Origin: the human T2T-CHM13v2.0 reference genome, Homo sapiens
Length of the DNA stretch: 64,000 nt
Strand: one strand, 5' to 3'
Assembly: GCF_009914755.1 (NCBI RefSeq)
Contig: NC_060932.1
The translations under genes and the position numbers were made by a program. This document shows positions 38,841 through 52,785 of this stretch, piece after piece. Numbering within the stretch: the first letter of the stretch is position 1; each line of letters starts with the position of its first letter. Below the pieces are notes generated by a model. It did not search any database and had not been told where the DNA came from. It was given only the letters and a program-made list of their open reading frames with translations.

Positions 38841-40527
38841 CCTGGAATTTTCCTGTAGCAGACGATAAAACTAAAAATAGAAATAAGGAATGGAAACCCA
38901 AAAAGGTTAAACAGATGGCACAATGTCAAGAAAAGGAGAGCTGATAGCAGAGAAGGGGGGACTGGGTGCGTGTCAGTATGTCATGGTTTTTTTTTTTTAC
39001 TGTCTTTTCAGGAGTCGTTGGTCAAATGCATCATTGCATGAGTCTAGCATTATAGCCCAAGATGGTATGGGGTGGCCCTGATTTGTGATAAAGAGGCTTT
39101 TTGGCCTTGTTAGGCAAGAAATGAAGGAACAAAGTGGTGTGTGCTTTGTTTAGTGGACAGTGACTATTACTGTGATTCTAGTTTATGCTTGCTGAAGTGA
39201 GCCTATTATTTTTATATTGGTCTTCCCATAAGACAGCAGCTTCTCTAATAATGGAAAGGTGCCTGTGCCAGACACACAGCAGGAGCTAAATATGTGCTTG
39301 TAAAATGAATCAAGGAGGAATGAGTAAGTGAACAGCTGAATTATACCTATGGACCAATCCTCTGTTTTGCTGGTATTTTTTTTTCTTTATTATGGTCATC
39401 AGTGATCTGATGTCAAGGCATATTGTGGAAGTGAAGCAACCCAAATCCTGTCTTCTCAGACTGAAATCCTCTAGAAAGTTATGACTTAGCCATTTTTAAG
39501 AAAATGCTGCTTTCAGTGGATATCTGTAGTAGCACTCAGTCCAGTGCTGCTGGAAACACTTACGCTGAGGAATATTGATTTTTTTAGAAACTTCATTAAA
39601 ATTTATATTTTTAAGCTTTACAAAATCAGATCCTAAATAGGAGACTATAAGAAAGTCTGCAAAGTGACTCATGATAAAAAAAATATTAGGAAAAAGGAGT
39701 TTAATTATAGTTTATAAACTATTGATGTTACATCGTGGTTGGTTTTAACATAGCCAATAGACTCTTCATGATTTTGATGAAAAACTTTATCTTTAGACCT
39801 AAGATCTTTTAAATTATGCTATTATCAGCTAATCAATTAATTCAATTTTATAGTAGAAGTGTTGCAGAACCAGTCTTACGAAAATGGTATAAAAGTAAAA
39901 GAAGTTGGTCTTCAGTGCCCTCTCCAGCCATAATCTTGTAACTTACATGGTAAGTATTCATACTATGCACATCTTTATAGGTATTGGGACAGGAGGTATG
40001 TGTGTAGGGGGCAGAGAAGTTGAGTAAAGGGACAATGAGAATTTTGAAAATGGAAGCAAAAGTGCAGATCAAGCCGTTGCCACCTTGTATAATTATGGCA
40101 TTGATGAAACCACCCCAGGTTCCCTCTTTACAATCCACTAAAATTTTACTGGATGGAAAATCAAAGTACCATATATATGCTTTAATTTGGGAATGATTAT
40201 TTTGGTGTTAATGGTTCCACTGTTGATAATACACTTGTTCTCTACTTGTAGATGCATTCATATTTTCTCATCCCTAAAGTTCCATTTTACAAAGCACCTC
40301 ACAATATACTTATTTTTTCTGTCACTATCCAGGTGAGTTAAATCACATTCATATAATTAGTTATTTACTGTCTATTCAAGGGAGAGATATGTACTGTGTG
40401 TTTCTATGTTAGGCAAAAGAAATGGGCCTTCTAGATGTTCTGACCTTTACCTTCTTTCCTTGCTTAGTTACTCCCATTACTAAGGCTTCCAGTCCTTTTA
40501 GCCTTTGTTTCTATGTCACATTAAATT

Positions 40528-40612
40528 AATGAAACTAGATAACTTTGGATCTCCTTAAGCCATCTGAAACTAGATAAACCAATGAAACTAGATAACTTTG
40601 GATCTCCTTAAG
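40528..40612 (+). repeat. Perfect 32-bp direct repeat with a partial third copy
   Basis: aatgaaactagataactttggatctccttaag at 40528-40559 and 40581-40612; tgaaactagataa at 40565-40577. Confidence 0.95.
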
Positions 40613-40624
40613 TGAATGCCATGA

Positions 40625-40870
40625 GTGCATGATGACCAAACACTAGAATCTGGGGACAGACTGTCTAGATTTGAATCTTGACAATGCTTCTTCCTAGCAG
40701 CATGACCTTGGGCAGGCTACTTAACTAAGACTCAGTTTCTTCATCTGTAAAATGAATACAGTCATATTACCTACTTCATAGGCTAGTCGTGAGGATCAAT
40801 AACATACTGTATATAAAAGAACATATGTAAGTGCCTAGGATAAGTGAGGAGCTAGATGGTTGTTAAGTAC
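40625..40870 (+). mobile_element. MIR
   Basis: tgaccttgggcaggctacttaac..ctcagtttcttcatctgtaaaatg. Confidence 0.85.
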
Positions 40871-41077
40871 TAACTGCAGTACCAGGAATTTCATAGGAAG
40901 CTATAACAGCTACATATGTGTGCCTTCATAAGCCAGAAACACTTATTCAGTGAATTGTCAACTACTTATTAAACATGTCCTCTGAACATAGGACTCTGCT
41001 AAGCTCAGCTCAGGATTTGAAGCTGAACCTTGAAGTTTCATTAAGTAGGATTTAGTTAAGTGGAGAAGAAGACTGAT

Positions 41078-41407
41078 CGACGTTGTTCAGTATGGCAGGT
41101 GGCCTCTAGCTACGTGTGGCTACTCAGCACTCAAAATGTGGCCAGTCTGCATTGAGCTATGCTGCCAGCATAGAATACACAGCTGATTTTAGAAACTTAA
41201 TGTAAAAGGAGAAAATATAAAATATCTCATTAATAATTTTATATGGATTATATGTCAAACTGATAATGTTTTGGACACATTGTATTAAATGAAATATGTT
41301 ATTACACTTTATTTTACTTATTTGTTTTTACTTTTTAAAAAGATGACTGTTAGAAAATTTAAAATGGCATATGTGGCTTCTATTGAATTTCTAGTAGGCA
41401 GCACTGT
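41078..41407 (-). mobile_element. MER33, within L2 remnants
   Basis: ctagctacgtgtggctactcagcactcaaaatgtggc..aaaatatctcattaataatttt..gcagcactg. Confidence 0.85.
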
Positions 41408-43699
41408 TTCAGATGGTGCAACTCATCCATCATTATAAAGAACACAGAGGCACAGGCAGTGAGCACGGTTTGTGGACTCACACAGCTTACAGTCTAGGAA
41501 AGGGACACAGTACCTTACATGACTGGGTTCATAACCTGTGGGGTTTGAGCTCACCTGTATCATTTGCACTCAGTGGTGGAGGTTGGAGGCAGGATAGTTG
41601 CAACAATGACTGTCACCCACCGAAAGCCCACCTACACAACAGAAGAATTTTCCTAACCAGTTTAGAGAACTTAACAGCAAGTTTTGTTTGTCTTCTGCAA
41701 AACTGGGTATCAAAATAGTAAAATGAGGGTAAAACTGCTCGCTGCTGCTTCTGCAATCTTCAGAGCTTCTTTGTTCGGAGCAAAATTTCTTGCTTTGGTT
41801 TGTGTAATCTTTTGGCCAATATAGTTGAGACATATTTTGTAGCACTTTGTTGAAATAATATCAGATGTGAAATAAGCCAGAGTATAGAGGACTTGAAACA
41901 AGAATTAAAAAGGCACATTTTAAAGCTTTTAGCCTTGTCAAGAAATAGCTATTTTAACTTTCAGATAGATAGCTTTTGAGCCTGCCAAGTAAAGGAAACG
42001 AAATTTAAACTAGTCTACCAGAGCTTTATTTTTCTTCTCATATATGCCAAATTTGAAGTGGCTGTTCTGCCTTCCAGTCAAGAGTATGCTCTCATGGTGT
42101 TCCAGGTCTGCACAGTGGGTGCCTTCCACACACCCTTTCCACACAAAGCCAAAACCACACAACATCTTGCACCTTCATTTTTGGAAATAGAGAAAGGAAG
42201 GATGGAAAGAAGGGTGGAAAGAAGGAAGTGGCCATTATCGAACTTCTCGTATGTGCCAGGCCCTGTGCTAGACATCAGCATGTGTCACTGAGGAGGTATG
42301 GGATGGGCTAGAACTCCCTGGTAAGTAATTTAAGGTGTGAAACTAACAAATATCATCCCAGGACATCTGTGATGGTATGGCACACCCCAGACTCTGCATC
42401 AACTCCTAATCTAGACTGAAACCACATAGTGTTTACCTTAAAGTTTCTTTCTGCCCATTTTGTATGTCTGACTCATGGAGTGGCCTGAAATCTGCATATA
42501 CCATTAAGAGCACTCCATGGTGTGGAGTGTGGCCCAGTCACTCTGTTGAGGTGTGTTGGCTTGCCTTTTGATGAGAATGCAGTGCTCATATTTGTGGCCT
42601 ACTCATCATTTCCTTCTGAGCTTGTATCACTTTTTATCATTGCTAGGTTTTTCCTTCTGAAAATTATCTTTAATTCATGAATTCATAATGGAAAGTATGG
42701 AGACACTTGAACACTTCCCATCCAGATCTGATCTTTGAAGACTACTGGACTTATACATGAACAAAGGAAAACATATCAGATGGACCCATTTCTCTTTGCT
42801 CTGAGCAAAGGCTTGTAGAGAAAAGTTGTAAGGAAAACACCACCCCGTACTCAAGGAAAATATGAACCCTTCAAAAAATGTACAGAAAGGGAGTTTAAAC
42901 TTTTCTAGAATGTTCCCAGCAGTTTGAAATTGGTTTAAATGAGGCAAATCAAAGGAAATAACTTTTGTTTGTCAGTAGGTTATAGTGCTTTGCAACATCT
43001 GGGAAAAGAATGCCCCTTCATTAATTGAATTGAATATTCAGTGAATAAGTAATGATAACATTATGGTCAACAACCTAAATCTGTACATAAAATGCCATGT
43101 TCTTTGAAAGAGAGTTTTGTGCTGTATATGAACCAATTGTTTTCATACTCTGAAAACAATAATTCACACCAAAAACTTAATTACCCATGTGCACTATAAC
43201 TATGCCAACCACATTAAACCCTGATTTTAAAAAGTTCACCCCCCCCTTCTCTTTAGATGAATGCTAACTGGAAATAAAGTAGCATTTTTGTTTTGCTTTG
43301 CCCTGAATTGTGCTGCTGAGTGATATTAGCTGGTTATTTACTGGATTTCTATCCTATGCTACTTATCCAGTCCTGACAATGCAGGCTGGGTCTTTACAAT
43401 AAAAGGGAAAGAAATAAGGGATGAAAATTCATTCAACTTGCAATGTAATATGGTGGCACCACATACTGGAGCCCCCAAGTATCGCCACCATTCCTCCTGT
43501 AGCTTTAGAAAAGCCTTGCAAAATTGGAGCTGCCTTATTGGAAAGCCTACGTGTTTGTCTGTGGAACATAAACATAGCCTCAGACTAGCATCTTATTTGA
43601 AGAAGTCTGGTTATAAAGTAGATAGCCATCACTTTAATTGTCAATTTAATATGTGTCAAGTGTTTTCTTGGATGTCAATTGTATTATCTTACAATTTAA

Positions 43700-43930
43700 T
43701 TTTGATTTGTTGAGTACAACTTTCCCTGTGCCAGGTAGTTACTGAACTGCTCATGTACTTTATCTCATTTAGTCCTTGCCGAAGCCTGTGAGCTTGTTTC
43801 TCTTGCTTTACAAATAACGAAACTGATATTTAGAGAAACTGAATGACTTGACCAAACGAAATGAAAGTGAGGACTCAAGTCTAGGTCGGTTGACTCCAAG
43901 TCTGGTGATAGGCATGTTGGCTTTCCAGTA
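43700..43930 (-). mobile_element. MIR
   Basis: gtgccagg..tctcatttagtcct..tttacaaataacgaaactga..gacttgacc. Confidence 0.7.
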
Positions 43931-45523
43931 TTCCAGGAGTCTATGCTGAAGGATGGAGAAAAGAATGCCCCAGATTGTAGTAGAGAAAAGCAAACAGTGC
44001 CAGAGTTTCCTATACAATCATCTTTTTAGAAATTAGAAACATTATATTTGTGATCTTTATGGAATATAATTGAGCCACAGCTCCATGATGCAGTCCATTG
44101 CCAATGAGCACTTGGAAGAGCCCTAACCAGTGTCACACCAGTGATGACCATCTCCAATATGGAATGATGCAAAATCCTAGATCCTATCTCCAACCTAAGA
44201 ACCCTGTACCATGGAGGCAGACATTCATCCCCAGGAGATGGCATTTTATGGCCTAAGTATATATACTAGGTCTGTACCGCTTGTCATTTTACAGGCTCCT
44301 TACAGACCATATATTCTGTGGTTGGAATCCCTTGGCATCAGCTGCTCCTGTACTCTTCACATGAGCAGTTATGAGATGGCAGTAGTGCATTTTATGCTCG
44401 CAAGTGCATCATTTTTTTTAATATATCACAGCCCCAATCCTGCCTTAGCTAGGCATAGTAACAAAGCTGCTGTCTTCCTGTACTGCTAAAGGCAGACCCA
44501 GAGACAGTATTATATATAGTTCACTTTTATTCACTTGGCTTAGCTCTTAGTGTTGTCAGAGCTACCGGGCTCCTATTTCAAAGTAACTTATGGGTGGCTG
44601 TGTTCTTCTGGAGCTTCAGAGGGGCACAGGACTGCTCTAAATGCTATCAGCTAAAGTGCCTGGTGACCTCACAACTAAACTGAATTATGTTCTGATGCTT
44701 TTTTCCAGTCTTTAAGTACTCATGAATTAAACCACACCTACTTTAGGATGAAACTTCAAATGGAAACATCAGTGATTCTCCTACCTTTACCAATTTTAGA
44801 TAGTGATCCTTCAGTATCTAAATTTCTTCATTAGTAAATGACAGATGGTATTGGTGAGTCTTCACAACTGTGGTCATTGATATTTAACACATATTCTGTA
44901 CAATATATTACAGGTTACAGAATGGTATGTTAGGCCACCTGCCACTGAAATGTCAATTGATGATCTTTTTCTCTTCAGTTTTTCATTAGTGTTGTCACAA
45001 GAATATTTCACCTTCATTTTAAAACATGGATGAAAGATTCACCATGTTGAGTTGGGGAGTGTTTTGGGAGTGTGAATCAACTGTGTTTTTACTATTGTTC
45101 TATGTATATTCAAGTTTAATAAATGTCAAGATACATATATACATATATGCTGATACAGGTATATCAGAAATACTATATATACTTAAATATATAATATCTT
45201 CAAATATATACATTTTATTTATTAATGCTGTTTGAATTATATTTTGCTTTGTGTATTTGCATTTTTACTTACTGATATTTAGTGCTTAACATTTTATAAT
45301 CCGTATATTATGAGAAGTCTAGTTAAGAGACATATTTTTTTCTAAAGTTCTTATATCTTGTGGGTGAATATAGTGATTGTCCCTCAAAACTAAACTCTTT
45401 CAAAGAACTGAAGGATTGGCTCATAAATCTTCCAACATGTCTTTGGTTGCATGATGAAAGTTGGAAACATAATATTCAGACAAGGGTTATACTTCCCAAA
45501 AAATTGATCAAAAAGTAATTCTG

Positions 45524-45870
45524 TATTTAGCCTTAAAAAGGAAGGAAGTGCTGACATATGCTACAACATGGATGAACCTCGAGGACATTGTGTTGCGTGA
45601 AATAGGTCAGACACAAAAGGGCAAATATTGTGTGATTTCATTCCACTTATACGAGGTGTCTTGAGAAGGCAAATTCATAGAGGCAGAACATAGAATGGCG
45701 GGTATCAAGGGCTAGGGGCAGTGGACATAGGGAGTTAGTGCTTAGTGAGTATGAGGTGTTTGAGAAATTCATTCTAGTAAAAGTTCTGGAGTTAGTAGTG
45801 ATGGTCACACAACAGTGTGAATGTGCTTGATGCCACTGACTTGTACAGAGATGCAAAAATGAGAATACGT
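45524..45870 (+). mobile_element. L1MB 3' fragment
   Basis: gccttaaaaaggaaggaa..tgctacaacatggatgaacct..aaagttctggag..gatgccactga. Confidence 0.9.
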
Positions 45871-46530
45871 GTTTATGAGAAAGCATTTTTTTTGTGCTGA
45901 AATCCTCTAAGGAAAGTTACAGTGATTCTATTTTCTTGGCCAAAGTTCCAAAATAAAAAGAGGTTAAGTAACCTCAAGATCACTCAGTAAATAAATGGAA
46001 GAGCTAAAAATGGAACGGAGGGTTTCCCGAGTCTCTCTTGCTCTGCGTCTTGATGAACACGTGAGCATCCTTCTCTGCAGCAGCGAGGTTGGCAGCGTGC
46101 GTGAGGGGTTGGCAGGCTGAAGAGAATCTTCCATGTCCTAAAATAGTTGTGGAGTTCTAAAAACCTATCATGGCAAAGCAAACTCTGTTACAAATGCTGA
46201 CTCCTCATCCCAGCTCTGGCACTCTCTACTAAGGAAACTAAAGAACTGAAGGAAATAGATGGCCTTTGAATAGCCACATTTTCATATCCTGATGAATTCC
46301 TGCTATTTAGATACTTAATTGTTTGGGTAATTTTTAGCATTGTTTTTCCTCTTTTATTTAAAAAAAATAGCATCTGTGAAGTTTGCTAGAACTTTTTCGG
46401 TGCCACGGAAATTAATATAAATTTTAAAATCAATTCAATTTGCACATACATTAATTGAAATTCTTTGGACACCTACTCAGAGTTATAAATATAATAATTA
46501 TATTTCCATGAAAAAATGAGAGCTCAGTAC

Positions 46531-47152
46531 TATCAAAGATAAACACAGCTGTACATTCATTAAAGTGGTGAAAACAGATTTTATTCAGTAACCACTGACA
46601 GTGGGGGGCAGAAAGGAGTTCCATTCTGATTTGCACAGAGGTGACTGGGTCTTTGAAAGGGAGAAGGAGGGAGTGGGAAGTGGGAATGAGGCTGGGCTCA
46701 AGAGTCAAAAGAAGAGAAAAATTACAAAGTGTTGGTCAGTGTACATACAATTAAGGCAGCTGTGCCCCCTAGCTGTCAATTATCTAAGTTAGGATTCTGT
46801 GCTTCCACCAGGACTGGGAAACAGAGGTTCTAACCTTCCTAATGATTACATTTCAAAAAAATGGCTTTCAGGTACTTGAGAAAGGCACTCTGAAGGTTTG
46901 ATAGATACATGTAGATCTCAGAGGGACAGAAGGATTCACAATTCAAAGTCCTTTTTAGTAAATGCCCTAAGAAAGAGTGGTCAGGGGCCAATGGTCAGGT
47001 GTAGGCTAGAATGAACTGTATATTCTTTTTACAGCCTTGAACTTTTGCAAACGAGAGCTCAAAAGGGGGCTGGATCATCCCAGGATGCAGCCCTAGGTTA
47101 CTAGACTTCTCCTAGTGCAGAGGTGTGAATGTTCGTGTCGAGAGTTTCTGCA
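46531..47152 (-). mobile_element. ERV1 solo LTR (MER67/MER31 group)
   Basis: ttaaagtggtgaaaacagattttattcag; gattacatttcaaa..cttgagaaag; 4-bp TSD gtac. Confidence 0.8.
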
Positions 47153-47361
47153 GTACTCGGTACCCTTGATGTTATGTCTTTATAGGAGAGAATATAGTGA
47201 CAGATGCAGGGATGACAACAAAAAGTTTGATTTTAAGCTGTGCTTTAGGTCTTCTGTGTCACATTAGATATGAGAATCATGAGTGAGTTTTGACTTTTGA
47301 TAAATGCTTTGTCTATGGTTGACTGTGTTTGGAAGAAAGTATCAGTGGTTCACTGGCCTCA

Positions 47362-47562
47362 TGGGATTCTCCCACCTCAGCCGCCTGAGTAGCTGAAACC
47401 ACAGGCATTCACCACCCATGCCAATCTAATTTTTTATTTTTATTTTTAGTAGATACAGGGTCTATGTTGCCTAGGCTGGTCGCGAACCCCTGGGCTCAAG
47501 CCATCCTCCTGCCTCAGCCTCCCTAAGTGCTGGGATTACAGGCATTAGCCACCACACCTGGC
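47362..47562 (-). mobile_element. Partial AluJ
   Basis: cctgggctcaagccatcctcctgcctcagcctccc..gtgctgggattacagg. Confidence 0.9.
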
Positions 47563-48387
47563 TTTTTTTTTTTTTTCAGAATATAAATTAATAGTTTTGA
47601 GTAAAATATTAACAAATTTATATTAATGAATGAATGTTTGGTAATATATTCAGTTTTTGCCTTATTTTAGCTCACAAGCTGGAATTTCCCCCACTTAAGT
47701 AGGATATAAGATTTATTAGTCTAGCTGGAAAAATCTATATTGAATAATGCATATCAGAAAAAAAGAAAGAAATTATAATTCAGAAATGACATCTTGTCTA
47801 AATAGCTTTTATAAACAGATAGAAAACTATATTATTCACCAGACCAAATAGTAATACCTGAGGATTAATAGACAATATCTATAAAATAGGCACTACTTTA
47901 TAAGAATTATGTTTGCTACTGAATTAATTTGATATTGTCCTTTTACATTGTGCAAGTTTTTTTATTTTTTTTTCTTGGATTGCATACTTTTCTCATCTTT
48001 ACAGATATGTGCATAATACAAAACCATGCCTTCTGTGTTTTTCTATTAAAGACATTTTTATTGTCTCCTTTTAAAATAGGATGTTTTCATTATATCTAAT
48101 AGCTTAAGAAAATATTTTTCTATTATTCCTCTGTATTTTACAGAATGGAATAAATTGTGCTTTTTTGACATCTTCTCACTCATAGCTTTCAGAACTTTTT
48201 CACTTTGGATTTATGGATATTGGTTTCTGCTTTCAAGTTATACATCACTGAATCTGTTTTTTCACTTGGTCTAAATGTCTCTGTGACAGATACTAGAACA
48301 CCTCCCATTCACTTAAAGGATTCAATATCAGTCAATTTGCAAAGGTGAGATTGGAAGATGAGTCATGAGCCCTTTGGATTTCCCACT

Positions 48388-48611
48388 GAGTATTCAAGGA
48401 TATAAAAATGGCAACAATAGACACTGGAGACTACTAGAGTAGGGAGGAAGGGAGGAAGGGTTGAAAAACTATTAGGTGCTATGCTCACTTCCTGGGTGAT
48501 GAGATGAACTGTACCCCAAACTTCAGTATCATGCAATATACTCATGTTACAAACCTGCATGTGTATCCCCTGAATCTAAAATAAAATAAAAGCTAATCTT
48601 TAAAAATAAAA
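48388..48611 (+). mobile_element. L1PB 3' end
   Basis: caacaatagacactggagactactagag..cccctgaatctaaaataaaa; approximate TSD gattt(c)ccact. Confidence 0.9.
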
Positions 48612-49429
48612 GGTGATTTCCACTATCATCAATGAGAATAGATACTTCCATGATGGGAAGTGTGGGGTCCAAAGTGTTGAGCAGTGTATTATGAGAAATA
48701 TCCTAGCCCTCTGTCATAGACTAGCTCCCTTTAGAATCCCAGAGAACCCCTAAACAACATGATCTTTTTCTCTTTGTGGGGATTCTGAACAGTCCTAAAC
48801 ATGACATGATCAAGTGATTAATAATAGAACCACCTGGAATGACTCCAACAGGTGAAACCTTTAAATTGCAACCGAAAGGATGACTTTTGCATCTCACTAA
48901 ACAGATGGTTCTCCTGCGAGTGACAGGTCTGTTCTTAATTAGCTGGTAATAATGCAGTGAACTTGGAAGACCTACTAAAGGGAGCAACAGGGAGGAGTGA
49001 TCCAGCGTTCCACCTCATTTCATGTCACTATGGATCATAAAGGAATAAAGCACCATTAAAAGGAAAGACAATTATACAGAGAAGCCTGTAAACTAGTCAC
49101 TTACATAGTTAATTATTTAAATGAAATATGTGTTTGTGGGGAAAAAATAGTTAAGTAACACCCTGTAGCTATTTTATAGACCTTGCCTAGAAGTTTCTAT
49201 ATATAGCTTGCGTTTATTTTTACAAGTCCATTTAACTAATGATTCCAGATTTCTTAACTACCTTAGACACTTTTCTGAATTTCCAGCCTGGGACTTTCAG
49301 TCGCCAGATGCCTCAACCTCACCTCCTATCTCCCACTTAGTTGCCACCTTTTTCTAATAGTTTTGCCCCTGCTCACCTGCTCTTACAACAAAAAGAGACA
49401 GGAAATGACATTAGAAGAGCTCTGGCTTT

Positions 49430-49600
49430 GAGTGAGACACTTTCAGTACATTTCATCATTTAATCTTTCCAACAATCTCCATATCACTGATGAAGAAACT
49501 AAGATTCAGAGAGGTTAAGTAACTTCCTCAAGATCGTGTTCACAGCATTTATCAGAGCTAAGGGTCACCGCCAGGTCTCTCTGATACCACCTGTACTATT
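49430..49600 (-). mobile_element. MIR
   Basis: gatgaagaaactaagattcagagaggttaagtaactt. Confidence 0.75.
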
Positions 49601-50799
49601 CTCACTCTGCATTCAGCATCACAAGCTCTTGTCACTGACTTAGTCACCCACTGATGAGAGAGTGTGTCTAGTATCTATAAGAGTCTGCTTGGAAAAGAGC
49701 AGTTTTAGGATTTATAAGGTATAGGTGTGCACATTTTTAAAAGGACAGTCAACATTTATCATGCTTTCTAAAGAATTAACCTTGCTTTCAATGTCTGTAA
49801 GCTCTGGTGAAGATTTAGAAATAAATACAAGGAGATAGATGTTGATAGAGGTCCCCCTCCCTGGTCAAAACGACTTTTAATCTTCCCATACAGACTTGTA
49901 TTTACTATATGGCAGCCAAGATTTATTTAATAGACGAATACATTTGGAAACCTCTAGATAGCTTTGGAGCATTGGAAAATGAATTGTCAAAATTGACATT
50001 CATTTTCCAAACCCTAGAATTACCATGTCGCAAGGCTGTGGGTTGCATTGGAAAAAATGTCTTTTCCTGTGCTCTGCAGCATTCATTGAGAAAACTTCAG
50101 TGAAGAGATTATAGGGAATGAGGAAAACACTAAGCGTAGCCTAATACTTTTCTTTCAATATAAACATGTTTAGAGTGTGTGCATGAGGCATAGTTATATG
50201 TCATATTTCATTTTCTACAAGCCTTATAAAAATAATTTTATTAATATCCAATTTGACCTACAGTTGATTAAAGTCATTATTTCTGCTAGTAAATAATTTT
50301 CAATGAGGGCCTAGGGAGGCTATTTGGACAGAGGAATAATAAGCAATTTTGTCTTGGGAATTCTTTCAAAAGTTGCATTTCAATTAAGATGGTGTTGGAT
50401 AACAAAACAGTTGAAGTGGAATTATGAATTTGAAGTACTTACCATCAAACACTAAAATAACTCATTAAACCCCTACTGTTAAAGATTACTTAACATTAAC
50501 ATCCACAGAGACTTTTTGCCCCCCAAAGTCAATGGAGGCAGTGCTGAGCCACACAAACCAGTGATAAAAGGCTCAGCAGTAACTTGGCTAGAGGCCCAGA
50601 TGTGGTTCATCCACTATAAATTTTACTAGATAATCATAGTCAATTCCAAGCACTTTTTGAAAAATGCTCCTATTTTTTGTCTTTGGGCACCAGATCTACA
50701 TCCAGTCTATCCAGTAACCTTACACTATTAGGGAGAAATGTAACATCAATTTATTGTATCATTTCATGATACAATAACATTGGAACTGAGCATATCAGA

Positions 50800-52575
50800 A
50801 ATTAACCCCTAATTTAGTATATGTAACTGTCTACTCAATCTCTTTATTTGAATGTTTAATAGACATCTTAAAGATGAACCCTTGAGTCCATCCCTCTCCC
50901 ACGTCACATGGGCATGATCCCATTTGCCCCATCTTGGTAAATGATACTACCTAGTGGTTTGAGTCAGAAAAATAATGTCTTCTTGATTCTTCTTTGTATC
51001 TCATTCCCTATGTCAACTTCTAAAGTCTATAAATTTCATCTCCATAATCTACTTTGACCACTTCTCAACACCTTCCCACCACTACTCCAAGGCCCAAGCT
51101 TCATTAGCCCATGCAATGCCCTTGGACAAATTTTGTAAAGGCATCTCTTTCTCAAGGCAAAATCAACTGCTAGAATATTGGTATAATATACTCTTTCTCT
51201 AAAGAAAACATATCAATGCCCATCTGCTGAAAAGTTATTGTAATAAATATACAAGTCCATAATGCTCATGCTCATGCCGTAAATTGCACTTCTGGGATTG
51301 TGTCATGCAAAGCCCACAGAATTGTGTATGGCAGCCCTGAGTGAGGCCACCATCGTCCGATGTCTAGACTACTGCAAGAGCTATCTACCTGGCCTATATC
51401 CTCTCTTGCCCTCCTGCCACAGCCAATGTTTTTCCATGGGGCATCTAGAATGGTGTTTTGAAAATTATATATCAAATTTTGTCCTTCCCCTGTTAAAAGC
51501 CTTCCAATGGCTTCAATTTATGCTCAAATAGAAAGTAAAATCCAAACTCCTTTCCATGATCTATAAATCTCACTAAGATCTGCCTTCAGCCTGTCTCTCC
51601 AGTCTTCCCTCCAAGCTCTCAGGCTGACATTTCATCAGTATGCATTGATAGGGCTTAATGACCGGTACCCTTTCTGACTGACTGGTGCGCTGCCATGCTG
51701 GACATTAATATGTTTAGTATGTATTTTGACTCTGTTCATTTGGCTCTACTCATGGATTTTGTGGCTCATGGACATTGCAAGCTTATTTTAATCTGTGTTA
51801 CTTTCCTAGGGCTGCCCTCACAAATTACCACAAACTGAGTGGCTCAAAATAACAGGAATTTATTCTCCAACAGTTGTGGAGACTAGAAATCTGCACTCAA
51901 GGGGTCAGCAGTGTTGATGCCTTCTAGAGGCAGTGAGTGGGAACCCGTAGCCTGCCTCTCTCCTAGCTTCTGGTGTTTGCCAGCAATCCTTGGTGTTCCT
52001 TGGCTTTTGGCTGCATACCTCCAATCTCTGCCTCTGTCTTCACATGGCCTGTCCCCTCCTCTCTGTGTCTGTGTCCCCTTCCCTTCTTTCATGAGAAGAG
52101 ACTTGTCATTAGATTTAGGGACTAATAAATTCAAGATGACCTTGTCCCCAAATTCATAATTTAATTTCATCCATAAAGATTCTTATTCCATTAAGGTCAT
52201 ATTCTGAGGTTCTCCATGAAAATATCTCTTGGAGGACCACTCTTCAATCCACTATACTTTGTAGCAGCTTTTGCATGTAAAATTTCTTCCCTGAATATTT
52301 TTCACCTGGCAGGACTGGCATTGTTCCTTTACTTTATCCCAGGTTCTTCTCAAGGAATAGTTCCTCAGAGAGGCTTTTCCTGAGTGCCCTAAAATAGCTT
52401 TCCCTTCTCCCTATCACTCTTGATTCTCTTATTCAGCTTTTATTTTTATTTTTTTTGTGACACTTTGATATCACCTGCCGTATCATTGGGTATTATTTAT
52501 TTTTTGTTTATTGATTCTTCTCCTGACTATAAGCTCCATGAGGTCAGGAACTTTGTCTTCATCTCATTATTACCT
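50800..52575 (+). mobile_element. Fragmented L2 with nested insertions
   Basis: aaagccttccaatggctt..aaatccaaactcctttccatg; actataagctccatgaggtcaggaactttgtc. Confidence 0.75.
51794..52256 (-). mobile_element. MLT1C/D solo LTR
   Basis: tttcctagggctgcc..aaattaccacaaactgagtggct; tcctagcttctggtg..gccagcaatccttgg. Confidence 0.85.
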
Positions 52576-52579
52576 AATG

Positions 52580-52785
52580 AGGAATCAGCAAACCATGTCC
52601 CACTGGCCAAACCTGACCTGCCGCTTGTTTCTATGAAGTTTGATTGGAGTACAGCCAAGCCCATATGTTTACATATCATCTATGGCTGCTTCCATGCTAT
52701 AACAGCAAAGTTGAATCGTCATGACAGAGACCATATAGCCCACAAAGCCTAAAGTACGTGCTAGCTGGCACTTTACAGAAAACTA
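52580..52785. mobile_element. MER58A
   Basis: tcagcaaac..ggccaaacctg..tatggctgcttcc..cacaaagcctaaa..tttacagaaaa. Confidence 0.8.

Noticed and set aside
40528-40612. 32-bp repeat-spacer-repeat as a CRISPR-like array
   Set aside because: Primate DNA, only two copies, and the spacer derives from the repeat itself
42690-42930. Coding-like plus-strand stretch
   Set aside because: Several stops, no convincing splice sites, no recognisable homology
44070-44700. Possible ancient LTR
   Set aside because: Could not recognise a family or termini
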